A DNA stretch of 64,000 nucleotides, from NCBI GenBank assembly GCA_963704165.1, contig CAVPHD010000011.1, forward strand, positions 25,539-89,538, read 5' to 3'. A model generated the notes under the pieces. The model was not told where the DNA came from and ran no database searches. It worked only from the letters and a program-made list of their open reading frames with translations. Each line of letters opens with the position of its first letter. Positions within the stretch are counted from its first letter, which is position 1. The DNA comes from an uncultured delta proteobacterium. GTDB lineage: Bacteria > Myxococcota_A > UBA9160 > SZUA-336. Of the stretch, positions 32,098-42,171 are shown in pieces. Made by a program: the position numbers and the translations under genes.

Positions 32098-33082
32098 GGA
32101 CGTCACGATCGTCGTCGTACCGCGCGATCACTTCTCGCACGCGCGCGCTTCACTCGAGAGTCTCTTCGTGCACACCCCCCTTCCCTACCAGATGATCTAC
32201 GTGGACCACAGCGCACCACCCGAGGTCAGCGCGTGGATCGAGCGCACCTGCCACGAGCGCGGGATCCGGCACATGGCCGTCGATCATCCGCTCACGCCCA
32301 ACGAGGCCAGGAATCTCGCGCTCCGCCAGGTCACGACTCGGTACACGGTCTTCGTCGACAACGATGCGCTCGTGACGCAGGGGTGGCTCGAGCCGCTGGT
32401 CGAGGTCGCGGAGCGAGAGGGCGCGTGGCTGGTCGGGCCGCTCTATCTCATCGACGAGCTCGAGCGGGGTCACGTGCACATGTCGGGCGGCTGGCTCGGC
32501 GTCCGCGACGAGAACGGTCAGCGTCGCTTCCACGAAGCGCATCGCGATCCCGATGCACGGCTCGCGGACGTGCGCGGTCGCCTCGAAGCGGGCCCCACGG
32601 AGCTGGTCGAGTTCCACTGCATGCTGGTCCGAACGGCGCTGTTCGCGCGCATCGGTGAGCTCGACGAGCAGCTCTTGACCCACGCCGAGCACGTGGATCT
32701 GTGTCTGCGTGTGCAGCAGGCCGGTCTTCCGATCTGGTTCGAGCCGCGCAGCACGGTGACCTATCTGCCGCCCAAGTCACTCCGGCCCGACGAGCTCGGC
32801 TTCTATCTACTCCGCTGGAACGAGGCGTGGAATCAAGCGTCGATCGATCGCTTCTGCGACAAGTGGCAGCTCGACGCCGGTGATCCGTACCGTGAGCACC
32901 AGCGCGAGTTCCTGCGTCTGATGCGACGGCGCGCGCTCGGCCGGATCGCTTGGCCCGTCGGTCGGGTGCTGGAGCTGCTCCTCTATCGCAAGGTCATCGG
33001 TCCACTCGTCGAGCCACTGGTCCAGCGACTGGAGAACTCTGCGATCCGACCTCTCGCGATCGCGCGCGACGCCTCGGCCTGA
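32090..33082 (+). CDS. glycosyltransferase family 2
   Basis: TIVVVPRD, ARNLAL, FVDND, VEFHCML, EHVDLC. Confidence 0.88.
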   Translation: MTEDVTIVVVPRDHFSHARASLESLFVHTPLPYQMIYVDHSAPPEVSAWIERTCHERGIRHMAVDHPLTPNEARNLALRQVTTRYTVFVDNDALVTQGWLEPLVEVAEREGAWLVGPLYLIDELERGHVHMSGGWLGVRDENGQRRFHEAHRDPDARLADVRGRLEAGPTELVEFHCMLVRTALFARIGELDEQLLTHAEHVDLCLRVQQAGLPIWFEPRSTVTYLPPKSLRPDELGFYLLRWNEAWNQASIDRFCDKWQLDAGDPYREHQREFLRLMRRRALGRIAWPVGRVLELLLYRKVIGPLVEPLVQRLENSAIRPLAIARDASA

Positions 33083-33165
33083 AGGGCTGAGCCGAACCTG
33101 CGATCGGCATTGTGCCTCCTGCCTCCGACAGGCCCGTCACTGCACCGCCGTCCCTGGCGGGGGAT

Positions 33166-34272
33166 CTAGCGATGCGGGTCAGGCGCCGCTCTTCGAATCG
33201 CGCCCTCGGCCGGCCGCCAGCCGGCGTACTTCGGATGATCCGCGCCGATCGGCAGCTCGACCGGCCGGCCCGTCTCGGCCGAATGGTAGATTGCCGTCAC
33301 GAGTTCGAGCGAGGCGCGCGCGTCGGCGATCGTCACCGGGAGCGCCGCGCCGGTCGTGATCGCGGCGTGGAAGGCGGCGATCTGTCCGGGGAAGCCTTCG
33401 GCGCCGGGATCGAAGCCGGCGAGGCAGTCGTCGATGCGCCGCTGCGCCTCGGCCGAGGCCGGCGTGATCGTCCACGGCTCCGCGCCCGGCGTGTAGGGCG
33501 CGAGGCTGCTCTCGGCGACGAGGTGTTCGAAGCACAGCCGCAGTCGCGAGATCTCGCGCGCCGAGCCGAGCGTCGCCGCGAGCGACGCGAGCGCGCCGCT
33601 TTCGAGCTCGAGCGCGACGACCGCGCAGTCCTCGCTCTCGATCGGGTTGACGCGCGTCGCGAGCCGGGCGAAGACCGAGCGCGCCGGCCCGCAAATCCAG
33701 TGCAGAAGATCGTGGGCGTGGATCGCGTGCGAGACGCAGACGCCGCCGAGCTCGCTCTCGAAGCGGCCGCGCCACGGCACGGCGTAGTAGTCGGCACCGC
33801 GCTTCCACGCCGTCTCGACGGTCGCGAGATGGCAGCGCCCCGCGACGCCCTCGGCGACGAGCTTGCGCAGCCGCGCGACGCCGCGCCCGAAGCGGTACTG
33901 GAAGATCGGCATCAGCCGGCCCTTCGAGCCGGCTTCGCAGCGCGAGAGCTCGTCGGCGTCCGCGAGCGAGCCGACGAGCGGCTTCTCGCAGATCACGTGA
34001 CGACCCGCCTCGAGCGCCGCACGCGCCATCTCGACGTGCAAGACCGGCGGCGTGCAGACGTCGATCACGTCGATGCCGTCGTGCGCGACGAGCTCGTCGA
34101 AGCGCTCGGTCGCGAACGGGATGCCGAAGAGCATCTTCGCGAGGCCGAGCCTGCCGGCATCGGCGTCGCAGACCGCGACGATCTCGAAGCGGTCGCCGAG
34201 GTCGCGGTAGGCCGTGAGGTGCTGGAAGCCGATTCCGAGACCGACCACGCCGACGCGGAGCCGATCGCTCAC
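33166..34272 (-). CDS. Gfo/Idh/MocA family oxidoreductase
   Basis: VGVVGLGIG, AGRHVICEKP, GGVCVSHAIHAHD. Confidence 0.9.
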   Translation of the reverse strand: MSDRLRVGVVGLGIGFQHLTAYRDLGDRFEIVAVCDADAGRLGLAKMLFGIPFATERFDELVAHDGIDVIDVCTPPVLHVEMARAALEAGRHVICEKPLVGSLADADELSRCEAGSKGRLMPIFQYRFGRGVARLRKLVAEGVAGRCHLATVETAWKRGADYYAVPWRGRFESELGGVCVSHAIHAHDLLHWICGPARSVFARLATRVNPIESEDCAVVALELESGALASLAATLGSAREISRLRLCFEHLVAESSLAPYTPGAEPWTITPASAEAQRRIDDCLAGFDPGAEGFPGQIAAFHAAITTGAALPVTIADARASLELVTAIYHSAETGRPVELPIGADHPKYAGWRPAEGAIRRAAPDPHR

Positions 34273-35315
34273 GAGGCAGCTCCCCGGTCCCCGGCCAGAT
34301 GGCCGAGTCGCACCGCGCGCGCCTGCGCCTGCAACACCAGCTCGCAGGCGCGGAAGCAGTGCGCCTGGGTCATCGCGGTCTCGGTGCGGTCGTGCACGTC
34401 GGCAGCGAAGGCCGGACCGAAGGGCAGCGCATCGTGGCGGCAGTCGAAGCGGCGCAGCTCGCCGCGCTCGACGAGGAAGAGGTGATCCGGTCCCGGAGCG
34501 CCGCCTGGGTCGCAATACTTGCGCACCTCGAGATAGCCCTCGGTGCCGAGCACGAAGAGGCGGCCGTCGCCCCAGGTCGGAAGCGCGTCGGGCGTGTACC
34601 AGTCGACGCGCACCGAGCCCGTCGCCGCCTTGCCGCGCAGGTAGAGCTCGCCGAAGTCCTCGAAGCCCGGATGCTCGGGATGCGCCCAGTTCGCGACCGT
34701 CGACGCCACGACCTCGGCGTCGTACGCGCCGGTGAAGTGCAGGAACTGGTCGAGCTGGTGCGAGGCGATGTCGCAGAGCACGCCGCCGTAGCGCTCGCGC
34801 TCGAAGAACCAGTTCGGCCGCTGCCCGAGGTTCGCTCGGTGAGGGCCGAGGCCGATCGTCTGCACCACGCGCCCGATCGCGCCCTCGGCGACGAGCTTCG
34901 ACGCGCGCGTGGTCGCGCGGCTCTCGAAGCGCTCGGCAAAGAACACCGAGTAGATGCGGCCGGTCTCGCGCTGCACGCGCCGCACCTCGTCGAGCTGCGC
35001 GAGCGTCGTCATGCCGGGCTTGTCGACGAGGAAGTCCTTGCCGTGCTGCAGCACTCGCACACCGAGCGGTGCCCGCTCGCTCGGGATCGAGGCGGAGGTG
35101 ACCACCTGGATCGATCCGTCCTCGAGGATCTCGCGCTCGTCGTGCGCGCGCTTCGCCTGCGGATACAGGCGCGCGAAGCCCTCGGCCTGCGCCGGCTCGG
35201 CGACGCGGAAGGCGACGAGCTCGCCGCCGGCGGCGAGCAACGTCGAGACCTGACCGAAGATGTGCGGATGGTCGACGCCGATCACGGCAAAGCGCAGCGG
35301 GGGTCGGTCGGGCAT
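34269..35315 (-). CDS. Gfo/Idh/MocA family oxidoreductase
   Basis: GKDFLVDKP, YGGVLCDIASHQLD; coupled to the downstream paralog by a GTGA overlap. Confidence 0.9.
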   Translation of the reverse strand: MPDRPPLRFAVIGVDHPHIFGQVSTLLAAGGELVAFRVAEPAQAEGFARLYPQAKRAHDEREILEDGSIQVVTSASIPSERAPLGVRVLQHGKDFLVDKPGMTTLAQLDEVRRVQRETGRIYSVFFAERFESRATTRASKLVAEGAIGRVVQTIGLGPHRANLGQRPNWFFERERYGGVLCDIASHQLDQFLHFTGAYDAEVVASTVANWAHPEHPGFEDFGELYLRGKAATGSVRVDWYTPDALPTWGDGRLFVLGTEGYLEVRKYCDPGGAPGPDHLFLVERGELRRFDCRHDALPFGPAFAADVHDRTETAMTQAHCFRACELVLQAQARAVRLGHLAGDRGAAS

Positions 35316-35679
35316 CGGGGAATCGCTCCTCAGCGCGCGGCCTGCGGTACGCAAGCCGGCTCGATCGTCTCACGCAGGCTGGAGTGGCACCAAGCGGCAG
35401 GCAGGACGGCCCCCCGGCGGCACAGCAAAGGCCCACATCGGAGCGGCGACTCTCTTCGTTCCCGTCGAAGGTCAGCGGTTCCGGGTGCAGTGGAGCTGGG
35501 CCGCTCCGGACCTGCGGGTCCGGCTCGGCCAGGGTTGGGTCGTCGGTGAGCGTTCTGGAAGCCGCGGACGGAAGGTGCCACGAACTCTTGTGGACTTCCG
35601 ACGTACCCCACCCACAGAATTCGTCGCCGCATCGGTTCCGGCCAGAACTTCGCAGACCCAGACACGGGAGTGACTCCAG

Positions 35680-36405
35680 ATGCTCACGGCAGTCCGCTTC
35701 GATCCCCGGAAGGCGCGGGGACCTGCTTTCCTCCGTACGGCACTGGGTTGCTTGGGGGCGCTCCTCCTACCCGGCCTAAGCTTCGCCGCCCCGATCACCG
35801 TCCCCACCTCGCTCTTGCCGGGTCAGCAGTACCGGCTGGCGTTCGTGACGGCGGGCACCCACGATGCGACCTCCTTGAGCATCGCCGACTACGATGCCTT
35901 CGTTACGGCGGAGGCGAACATGGAAGCGGCGCTGAGTTCGATCTCGTGGCAGGTGATCGGATCGACGGCCAGTGTCTCAGCGCGCGACCACACCGGCACG
36001 GGACTCGGCGACCGTCCGGGTGTGCCAATCTTCCTCCTCGACGGTGTCAAGCTCGTCGACAATTACGCGGACCTATGGGACGGATCCGTAGATGTCCCAT
36101 TCTGGATCGACCAGCACGGCCAATATGAGGCAATCATCCATGTATGGACGGGCACCGGTCCGGGCGGCTTGGCGGATCCATACCCGCTCGGATCCCTCGA
36201 GGTCGCATATGGACTTACCTATTATTGGGCCGATCGGCAGAACCCCTACTGGATCCACTGGGACCAACGGTGGTCGAGTGCGTTTTTGCCGCTCTACGCC
36301 CTGTCCGAAGTTTTGACAGTTCCCGTCCCGGAACCCCGCCTCACGGTGCTTTTCACGCTCGTCTTCGCTGGGGTCTTGTCTGCTCGACGGGTCCGACTAG
36401 CTTAG
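35680..36405 (+). CDS. PEP-CTERM sorting domain protein
   Basis: Signal peptide; PGQQYRLAFVT..SIADYDAFV; C-terminal VPEP + TM + RRVR; visibly more AT-rich than the flanks. Confidence 0.82.
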   Translation: MLTAVRFDPRKARGPAFLRTALGCLGALLLPGLSFAAPITVPTSLLPGQQYRLAFVTAGTHDATSLSIADYDAFVTAEANMEAALSSISWQVIGSTASVSARDHTGTGLGDRPGVPIFLLDGVKLVDNYADLWDGSVDVPFWIDQHGQYEAIIHVWTGTGPGGLADPYPLGSLEVAYGLTYYWADRQNPYWIHWDQRWSSAFLPLYALSEVLTVPVPEPRLTVLFTLVFAGVLSARRVRLA

Positions 36406-36433
36406 CAACGGCTGCGTCCACGCCTGCGCAACA

Positions 36434-36622
36434 GAGTCCTGCATTCGTCCATCGCAGTCAGCGCCGAACGAAGTGCCCAAGCGCAGCGCGAGAAGACCTC
36501 CCGCATCGCTCTTTCTCTTCAAGTCGGGCCACACGTTCGAGGAACCGTTCCAGCGTCGCTCGGGCGACCGTGAGCCGACCCAGCACGAGGCGGTAGCCAA
36601 GGAAGTCGAAGCCGCGCTTGGC
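36434..36622 (-). pseudogene. C-terminal remnant of a group II intron-like reverse transcriptase
   Basis: KRGFDFLGY (RT domain 7)...LTVARATLERF..VARL...LGHFVRR*LRW, with an in-frame TGA at 36458-36460; no YxDD and no N-terminus. Confidence 0.65.
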
Positions 36623-36637
36623 GGAACGCGATCTCGT

Positions 36638-36713
36638 TGGAGCGGGAAACGGGACTCGAACCCGCGACCCCAAGCTTGGGAAGCTTGTGCTCTACCAGCT
36701 GAGCTATTCCCGC
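36638..36713 (-). tRNA. tRNA-Gly(CCC)
   Basis: GCGGGAATAGCTCAGCTGGTAGAGCACAAGCTTCCCAAGCTTGGGGTCGCGGGTTCGAGTCCCGTTTCCCGCTCCA; full cloverleaf with encoded CCA. Confidence 0.97.
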
Positions 36714-36771
36714 GTGGTCGCGAGCATAGCGGCTCGCCTGCGGGAGCGGAAGCGGGGCGAGCGCGGCGGGA

Positions 36772-38189
36772 TCAGTCGCTGACCTGGATCTCTTCGAAGA
36801 GCAGGTCGAGCTCGTCGTCGTCGCTCGCGGGGGCGACTTCGGCCTCGGCTTCGACCTCGAGCGCGACGCTGCGCAGGTCGAAGCTCGCTTCGTTTCGCTC
36901 GCTCTCGCGCTGAGACTCGGACTCGGGCTCGCGCTCGACGGGAGGATCTTCCTCTCGAAGCATGGCGCCGAGGCTCCAGTCCGAGTCCTCGGGCCCGAAC
37001 TCGGGCGTGTGCGCGGCCTCGGGCGGGGGCTCGATCGCGAGGTCGATCGCGTCCTCGGCGGCGGGCTCGGGCGCGGCGGCCTGCGCCTCGAGCTCCTCGA
37101 TCTCGACCGCTTCGATCTCGACGTCCTCGATCTCGACTTCTTCGATCTCGAGCGCCGTCACGTCGAGATCGGGCGACGAGACCTCCTCGACGAGATCCGC
37201 AGGTTCGAAGTTCGCCGAGATCTCCTCGCTCGAGGCGGGCTCGGGCGCGGCCGGCGGCGGTTCGGCGCGCGCGATCGGCATCGAGGCGACCGGCTCGAGC
37301 CAGTCGGCGGGCGAGTGCTCCGCTTCGAGGGACGTCGAGGGCTCCGACGGGTTCGGGTCTCGACCTCGACCGACATCGGCACGAGCCCGAGCGCTTCGGC
37401 CGCCGCCACCACGATCGAGCTGTCCACCCGTCGGGCCTCGCAGAGGAACGCCTCGAAGAGCGCGTTGTCGGCGATCGTGTTGAGCACCCTCGGCACGCCG
37501 CCCGAGCAGCGGAACAACGCCTCGAGCGCATCCGGCGTGAAGACGGGCTCCGTCGCACCCGCGAGCCGCAGCCGGTGAGACACGTAGGCCTGCGATTCGA
37601 GCCAGTCCATCGCGGTGAGCTCGACGCGGATCTCGACGCGCTGCGCGAGCGGTGCGTCGAGCTTCAGGATCTCGCCGAGCTCGGGCAGGCCGAAGAGCAC
37701 CAGACTGACGAGCTTGCGGCCTTCGTGCAGAAGGTTCAGGAGCCCGCGGAACTCCTCCATCGCGTCGCGGTTGCGGAAGAGCTGCGCCTCGTCGATCAAC
37801 AACACCGAACTGCGTTTGGACGCGGCGATCGAGACGAGCTGCGCGTGGATCTGATCGACGAGCGCCTGCACCTGCGACGCCGGCGCGTGCACGCCGAACG
37901 CGCGCGCGACGTTGGGCAGGAACCAGCCCGAAGAGCAAGCCTCGTGAGGAATCGACAGGTAGTGCGCGGAGAACTCGCGCGGGTCGAGCGCGCGCAGCAG
38001 CGAGTGCGCAAGCGTCGTCTTGCCCAGACCCGGTCCACCGACGAGAACGGACAGCGCCCGCCGCTGTTGAACGCCGCGCATCAGGCGCAGCCGGGCGCGT
38101 TTCTGCGGCGCGCTCTCGAAGTAGAAGCGCTCGTCGCACTCGTTCTGGAACGGGTCCGTGGGAAGCCGGAAGAACTTCAGATGCTCCAT
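36772..38189 (-). CDS. ExeA-like AAA ATPase with acidic C-terminal tail (frameshift near 37365)
   Basis: GGPGLGKTT, LLIDEAQ, LFGLPEL, GVPRVLN; the acidic tail continues in the frame ending at 36772. Confidence 0.85.
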
Positions 38190-38220
38190 GCGTTTCCTCG
38201 TCCGCGCGGGCTGCGCGCGA

Positions 38221-40887
38221 TCAACCGAACCTCGAAAGCCGCTCCACCACGTCGCGGAAGCTCGGGTCGGCCGCGGCCACCTTCTCGAAGGCCTCGCGCG
38301 CTTCGGCCTCGCGTCCGGCGGCGAGAAGCGCCTCTCCGAGGTCGTAGCGGAGCGAGACCACCGCGTCGTCCGAGTCCCCGGCGCGCGCGAGCGCGTCCTC
38401 GAGGTGCGCGGCCGCCGCCGTCGGATCTCCGAGCGCGAGCCTGCAGTACGCGAGCAGCGACAACGCCTCGGTCATGCGCGCACCCGTCCGCAGCACGGCT
38501 TCGAGCTCGCGCACGGCGTCCTCGTGCAGACCCATTTCCTTGTAGGCGATCGCGAGGTCGTAGTGCGTGTCGGAATCGCCCTCCTCGACCTGCTCCTCGA
38601 TGCCCTTCTTGAACGCCGAGAAGACCTCCGCGAAGCCGCGCCCCACCGCGCCCAGACCGCTCAGCGTCCCGATCGTCTGGCCGGTGGTGGAGTCGTCCTC
38701 GGCAAGCTCCGCCGCGAGGTCGAATTCGCCCTCCTCGTCGGCCGACTCGTGGGTCTCTTCGAGCTCGGTCATCGCCTCGTCGGCGCGTTCGAGCTCGATC
38801 GGCGGCGAGGTGTCTTCGGCGAAGACGACTTCGTCGCGAGGCGCGGGCTCGAGCTCCTCGAGGGGAGGAATCGTGTCCTCGCCCAATACGTCGAGCTCGG
38901 CCTCGATCGACTCGGCGAGCGCCGGTATCTCGAACTCGTCGGACGGCTCGTTCGCCTCCGGCTGACAGACCATCGTCTCGCCGAGTACGTTGGCGGGGAT
39001 CTCGACTTCGACGCCGGGCGCCTGACCGCGCGCCGCCGCAATCTCACCGAGGCGGAGCATCGCCTTCGGATGGTGCGGCGCGAGCGCGAGCACCGACTCG
39101 TAGATCTTCTCCGCCTCGTCGACGAGCCCCTGCTCGAGGTAGAAGTCGGCCTCGGACAGGTTCTCCGCGACACGCGCGGAAACGTCGGCGTGACTCGCAC
39201 CTCGCTCCGATGCGATCGGTTTCGAGAACTCGAGCTCGGGCTCGGGCTCGGAGGGGAGTTCGGGCGAAGATGTCGCTTCGATCTCGAAGTCGAAATCGAG
39301 ACCGTCGTCCTCGGCGGGCGATGGCTTCAGCGGTTCCGGCAAGGGCGGCCTTGGCACCGGCGCGAGCGGCGGTTGCGCGAGCGTGACCTCGACCGGCGGC
39401 CCGACCGAGGCGAAGTGCTCGTCGCGGTCCTCTTCGTCCTCGAGCACGATCTCGATGTCGGGAAGCGTGTCGAAGTCCTCGCCCGGCGCGAACGCCGCGA
39501 TCTTCGACTCGGACTCCCCGATCTCGATCTCGGGCAGCGGCTCGGGATCGGCCGTGAGCTCGCCCGACGACACGAGCGAGTTGACTTCGAGCAGGTCCGA
39601 GAGAGCGGCCGAGTCATCGGACGAAACGAACTCGCCAGCCTGCGCGAGGACTTCCTGTGCGTCCGCCGAGCCGGGCTCGATCTCGAGCACGCGTCGCGCG
39701 ATCCGCAACGCCTCTTCGTGATCGCCGAACTCCATCGAGACGCGGGCCTCGGCGATCAGGTCGGCAGCCTCCTGCGAGGCGGGCGCGGCCGCCGTTGGCG
39801 TCGCGGAGATCTTCGGCCGCGAGCGATCGGGTGGCGGCACGGCGCGGCCGGTCTCGACGAAGTCCGCAACGATGGGCGCCGCGGTCGCCGGCGGTCTCTT
39901 CCGTGCAACCAGCGGCACCGATTCCACGGGCTCGTCGAGCTCCAGCACGTCGTCCGCGGGTGAGCGCCCGGTGGAATCGGTGAGCAGCAGGCTCGGCGTG
40001 GTGTTGTCGTCGACGAGCGCGAGCTCGTCCGCGGTCACGTAGCGCTGCAGGATGTCGCGCGATTTCTCGACGTCGCCACGCCGCTTGTACAGCTCCGCGA
40101 TGTCGCGCCAGACGCGTCTCGCCGCGGTGTCGTCGCCGCTCGCCTCGTACGCGCTGACCAGCGACTCACGCAGCGCGATGTCGTCGGGGGACTTCGCGAC
40201 CGCGGGCTCGAGCAGCTGCACCGCTTCGGCGTGCGCACCCGTCGCGAGCTTCGCGAAGATCAATGCGCCGAGAGCGTCGGTGTTCTCGGGGAACGCGTGG
40301 AGCATCTGCTCCGCGACGCGAATCACCAGGTCGGCGCCGGACTGACGACGCACCTCTTCGAGCAGCGATGCGAACTCGCGCTGCGCGTCGTCGAGCATTC
40401 CCTCGCGCACGAAGAGCCCGGCGAGGTTCAGTCGGTTGGCGATGTTCGACGGGTCCAGCGATGCCAGACGGCGCAGCAGATCGAAGGCCTCGCGCTTCAG
40501 CTCGCGCTTCTGGCAGAGCTTGAAGGCGTCCTGGAACTCGCGCAGCGCGTCGGACGTCAGGCCCATGCGCTGAAAGCACTCGCCGAGCCGGGTGCGCGCG
40601 TCGAGCGCATCCTCCTCGACGCGCAGGATCTGTTTGTAGATCGCGACCGCCTTCGCATCGAAGCCGGTGCGCGAGAACATGTCCGCGACTTCGGTGTACG
40701 TCGCGAGGGCCTTGGTCTTGTCCCCCTTCTTCAGGTGCAGGTCGCCGATCTTCAGCCGCAGGTTCGAATCCTTGGGATCCGCCTTCAGCAGCTTCTCGTA
40801 CTCGAGCAAGGCTTTGTCGTACGACCCTTTCTGGGCGTACTTCTGGGCGGACTCGAGCGTCTTGCGCTTCTTTGGCGTGAAGGCCAG
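38221..40887 (-). CDS. SgmX-like tetratricopeptide repeat protein
   Basis: N-terminal TPRs (LRLKIGDLHLKKG, KAVAIYKQIL), acidic linker, C-terminal FKKG..DTHYDLAIAYKEMGL; probable CTG start upstream of the tracked ORF. Confidence 0.75.
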   Translation of the reverse strand: MAFTPKKRKTLESAQKYAQKGSYDKALLEYEKLLKADPKDSNLRLKIGDLHLKKGDKTKALATYTEVADMFSRTGFDAKAVAIYKQILRVEEDALDARTRLGECFQRMGLTSDALREFQDAFKLCQKRELKREAFDLLRRLASLDPSNIANRLNLAGLFVREGMLDDAQREFASLLEEVRRQSGADLVIRVAEQMLHAFPENTDALGALIFAKLATGAHAEAVQLLEPAVAKSPDDIALRESLVSAYEASGDDTAARRVWRDIAELYKRRGDVEKSRDILQRYVTADELALVDDNTTPSLLLTDSTGRSPADDVLELDEPVESVPLVARKRPPATAAPIVADFVETGRAVPPPDRSRPKISATPTAAAPASQEAADLIAEARVSMEFGDHEEALRIARRVLEIEPGSADAQEVLAQAGEFVSSDDSAALSDLLEVNSLVSSGELTADPEPLPEIEIGESESKIAAFAPGEDFDTLPDIEIVLEDEEDRDEHFASVGPPVEVTLAQPPLAPVPRPPLPEPLKPSPAEDDGLDFDFEIEATSSPELPSEPEPELEFSKPIASERGASHADVSARVAENLSEADFYLEQGLVDEAEKIYESVLALAPHHPKAMLRLGEIAAARGQAPGVEVEIPANVLGETMVCQPEANEPSDEFEIPALAESIEAELDVLGEDTIPPLEELEPAPRDEVVFAEDTSPPIELERADEAMTELEETHESADEEGEFDLAAELAEDDSTTGQTIGTLSGLGAVGRGFAEVFSAFKKGIEEQVEEGDSDTHYDLAIAYKEMGLHEDAVRELEAVLRTGARMTEALSLLAYCRLALGDPTAAAAHLEDALARAGDSDDAVVSLRYDLGEALLAAGREAEAREAFEKVAAADPSFRDVVERLSRFG

Positions 40888-40938
40888 GGGTCGGTCCTCG
40901 CTTCGCTGGCGAGGACCGAGCGACTCGGGGGATCCTCG

Positions 40939-41727
40939 CTACGCAACCCTATCGGCGGCTTCGGGGAATCTTCTTAGGGAAAGGGCCGGCGCACAGAGAG
41001 GATCCCGCACACGTTGCGACATGCGCGCCTCGGCGCGAACGCGCTCGGCTGGCGACAGCCCCGCCGGCTCGAGGCGCACACCGAGCGCGGCTTCGAAGCT
41101 CGAAACGATCGCCTCGCGAAGATCGTCGGCGTCGATTCCCGGCGCGGGAGCGGGGCCCGGCTCGAAGCCCGTGAGCGCACGGTAGAGCGCGGAATCGTCG
41201 GCGATGCGAATCGAGCCATGCTGGAGCAGACCGAACGGTGTCCTGCGCTGGGCGCTGCCGATCAGCTTTCGCCCGTCGAGCTCGACCTCGAAGCCGGTTG
41301 CGCCCGCGAAGCAGAGCTCGAGCCGCGAGGCGCCCTCGCCCGCTCGCGCTTCGCCGGCGGCGAACCCCACCGCCCGCAGACCCTCGAGCAGCCGCGCGCG
41401 GATCCACGCGTAGCTGCCGGTCAGGTCGTCGGGAATTCCCGCGGTGCCGGACGGCGCGATCACCGCATAGGTCAGGTCGGTGGCGTGCAGGACGGCGCCG
41501 CCTCCCGTGACGCGTCGGACGGCGTCGACGCCGAGGGATTCGCAGCGATCGAGCCACACGGGCGCGAGCTGGCGATACCCGAGCGAGAGCGCCGGCGCTC
41601 GCCAGGAATAGAAGCGCAGGCTCGGGCCCGAGTTCGGTGCCTCGAGCAGGAGCGCCTCGTCGACCGACATGTTCCAGGCGGCCGCGCCGGGTCCGTCGTG
41701 CAGGACCCGGAATCGCGTCGTTCCCAC
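40939..41727 (-). CDS. lipoate-protein ligase A / octanoyltransferase (LipM-like)
   Basis: NMSVDEALL, LRFYSW, RRVTGGGAVLH, GRKLIGSAQ, LQHGSI. Confidence 0.9.
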   Translation of the reverse strand: MGTTRFRVLHDGPGAAAWNMSVDEALLLEAPNSGPSLRFYSWRAPALSLGYRQLAPVWLDRCESLGVDAVRRVTGGGAVLHATDLTYAVIAPSGTAGIPDDLTGSYAWIRARLLEGLRAVGFAAGEARAGEGASRLELCFAGATGFEVELDGRKLIGSAQRRTPFGLLQHGSIRIADDSALYRALTGFEPGPAPAPGIDADDLREAIVSSFEAALGVRLEPAGLSPAERVRAEARMSQRVRDPLCAPALSLRRFPEAADRVA

Positions 41728-42159
41728 CTAGATCAGCCGGTCGAGGAGCGCCTCGAGCGCGAGCTCGTAGCCCTTGGCGCCAAGCCCGGAGATCTGTCCC
41801 CACGCGATTCCGGCGACGAGCGAGCGCTGCCGGAAATCCTCGCGCGCGTGGATGTTGGAGAGGTGGACCTCGACCACCGGCAGGCCGCTCGATACGAGCG
41901 CATCCCGCAGGGCCACACTCGTGTGTGTCAGGCCTCCGGGGTTGATGATGATCCCCTCGTGCGTCCGACGGGCGGCCTGGATCCGGTCGAGCAACGCGCC
42001 CTCGTGATTCGACTGGAACGATTCCACGTCGACCGAGCGCTTCGCGCCCTGCTCGCGAAGGCGCGCGTCGATCTCGGCGAGGGTCGTGCGGCCGTAGACT
42101 TCGGGTTCGCGCTCGCCGAGCAGATTCAGATTCGGGCCGTGCAGGACCAGGATCTTCAT
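41728..42159 (-). CDS. aroQ: type II 3-dehydroquinate dehydratase
   Basis: [40 protein letters not shown]. Confidence 0.97.
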   Translation of the reverse strand: MKILVLHGPNLNLLGEREPEVYGRTTLAEIDARLREQGAKRSVDVESFQSNHEGALLDRIQAARRTHEGIIINPGGLTHTSVALRDALVSSGLPVVEVHLSNIHAREDFRQRSLVAGIAWGQISGLGAKGYELALEALLDRLI

Positions 42160-42171
42160 GAGCCCAGCCTA

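Noticed and set aside
30823-35315. GT4/GT2 plus two Gfo/Idh/MocA genes as a single novel glycan cluster
   Set aside because: The two pairs are convergent separate operons of common families, with no transporter or polymerase to link them.
35381-35400. TGGCAC motif as a sigma-54 promoter for the PEP-CTERM gene
   Set aside because: The GG-GC spacing is 9 rather than 10 nt, and the motif is far from the start codon.
36458-36460. TGA at a likely Trp position as evidence of an alternative genetic code
   Set aside because: TGA serves as a normal stop in many genes here (dcd, trmL, TetR); this is a single pseudogene mutation.
35400-36640. Diversity-generating retroelement (RT fragment next to a surface protein with an aromatic-rich C-terminus)
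   Set aside because: No template/variable repeat pair was seen, the RT lacks its catalytic core, and there is no avd-like gene.
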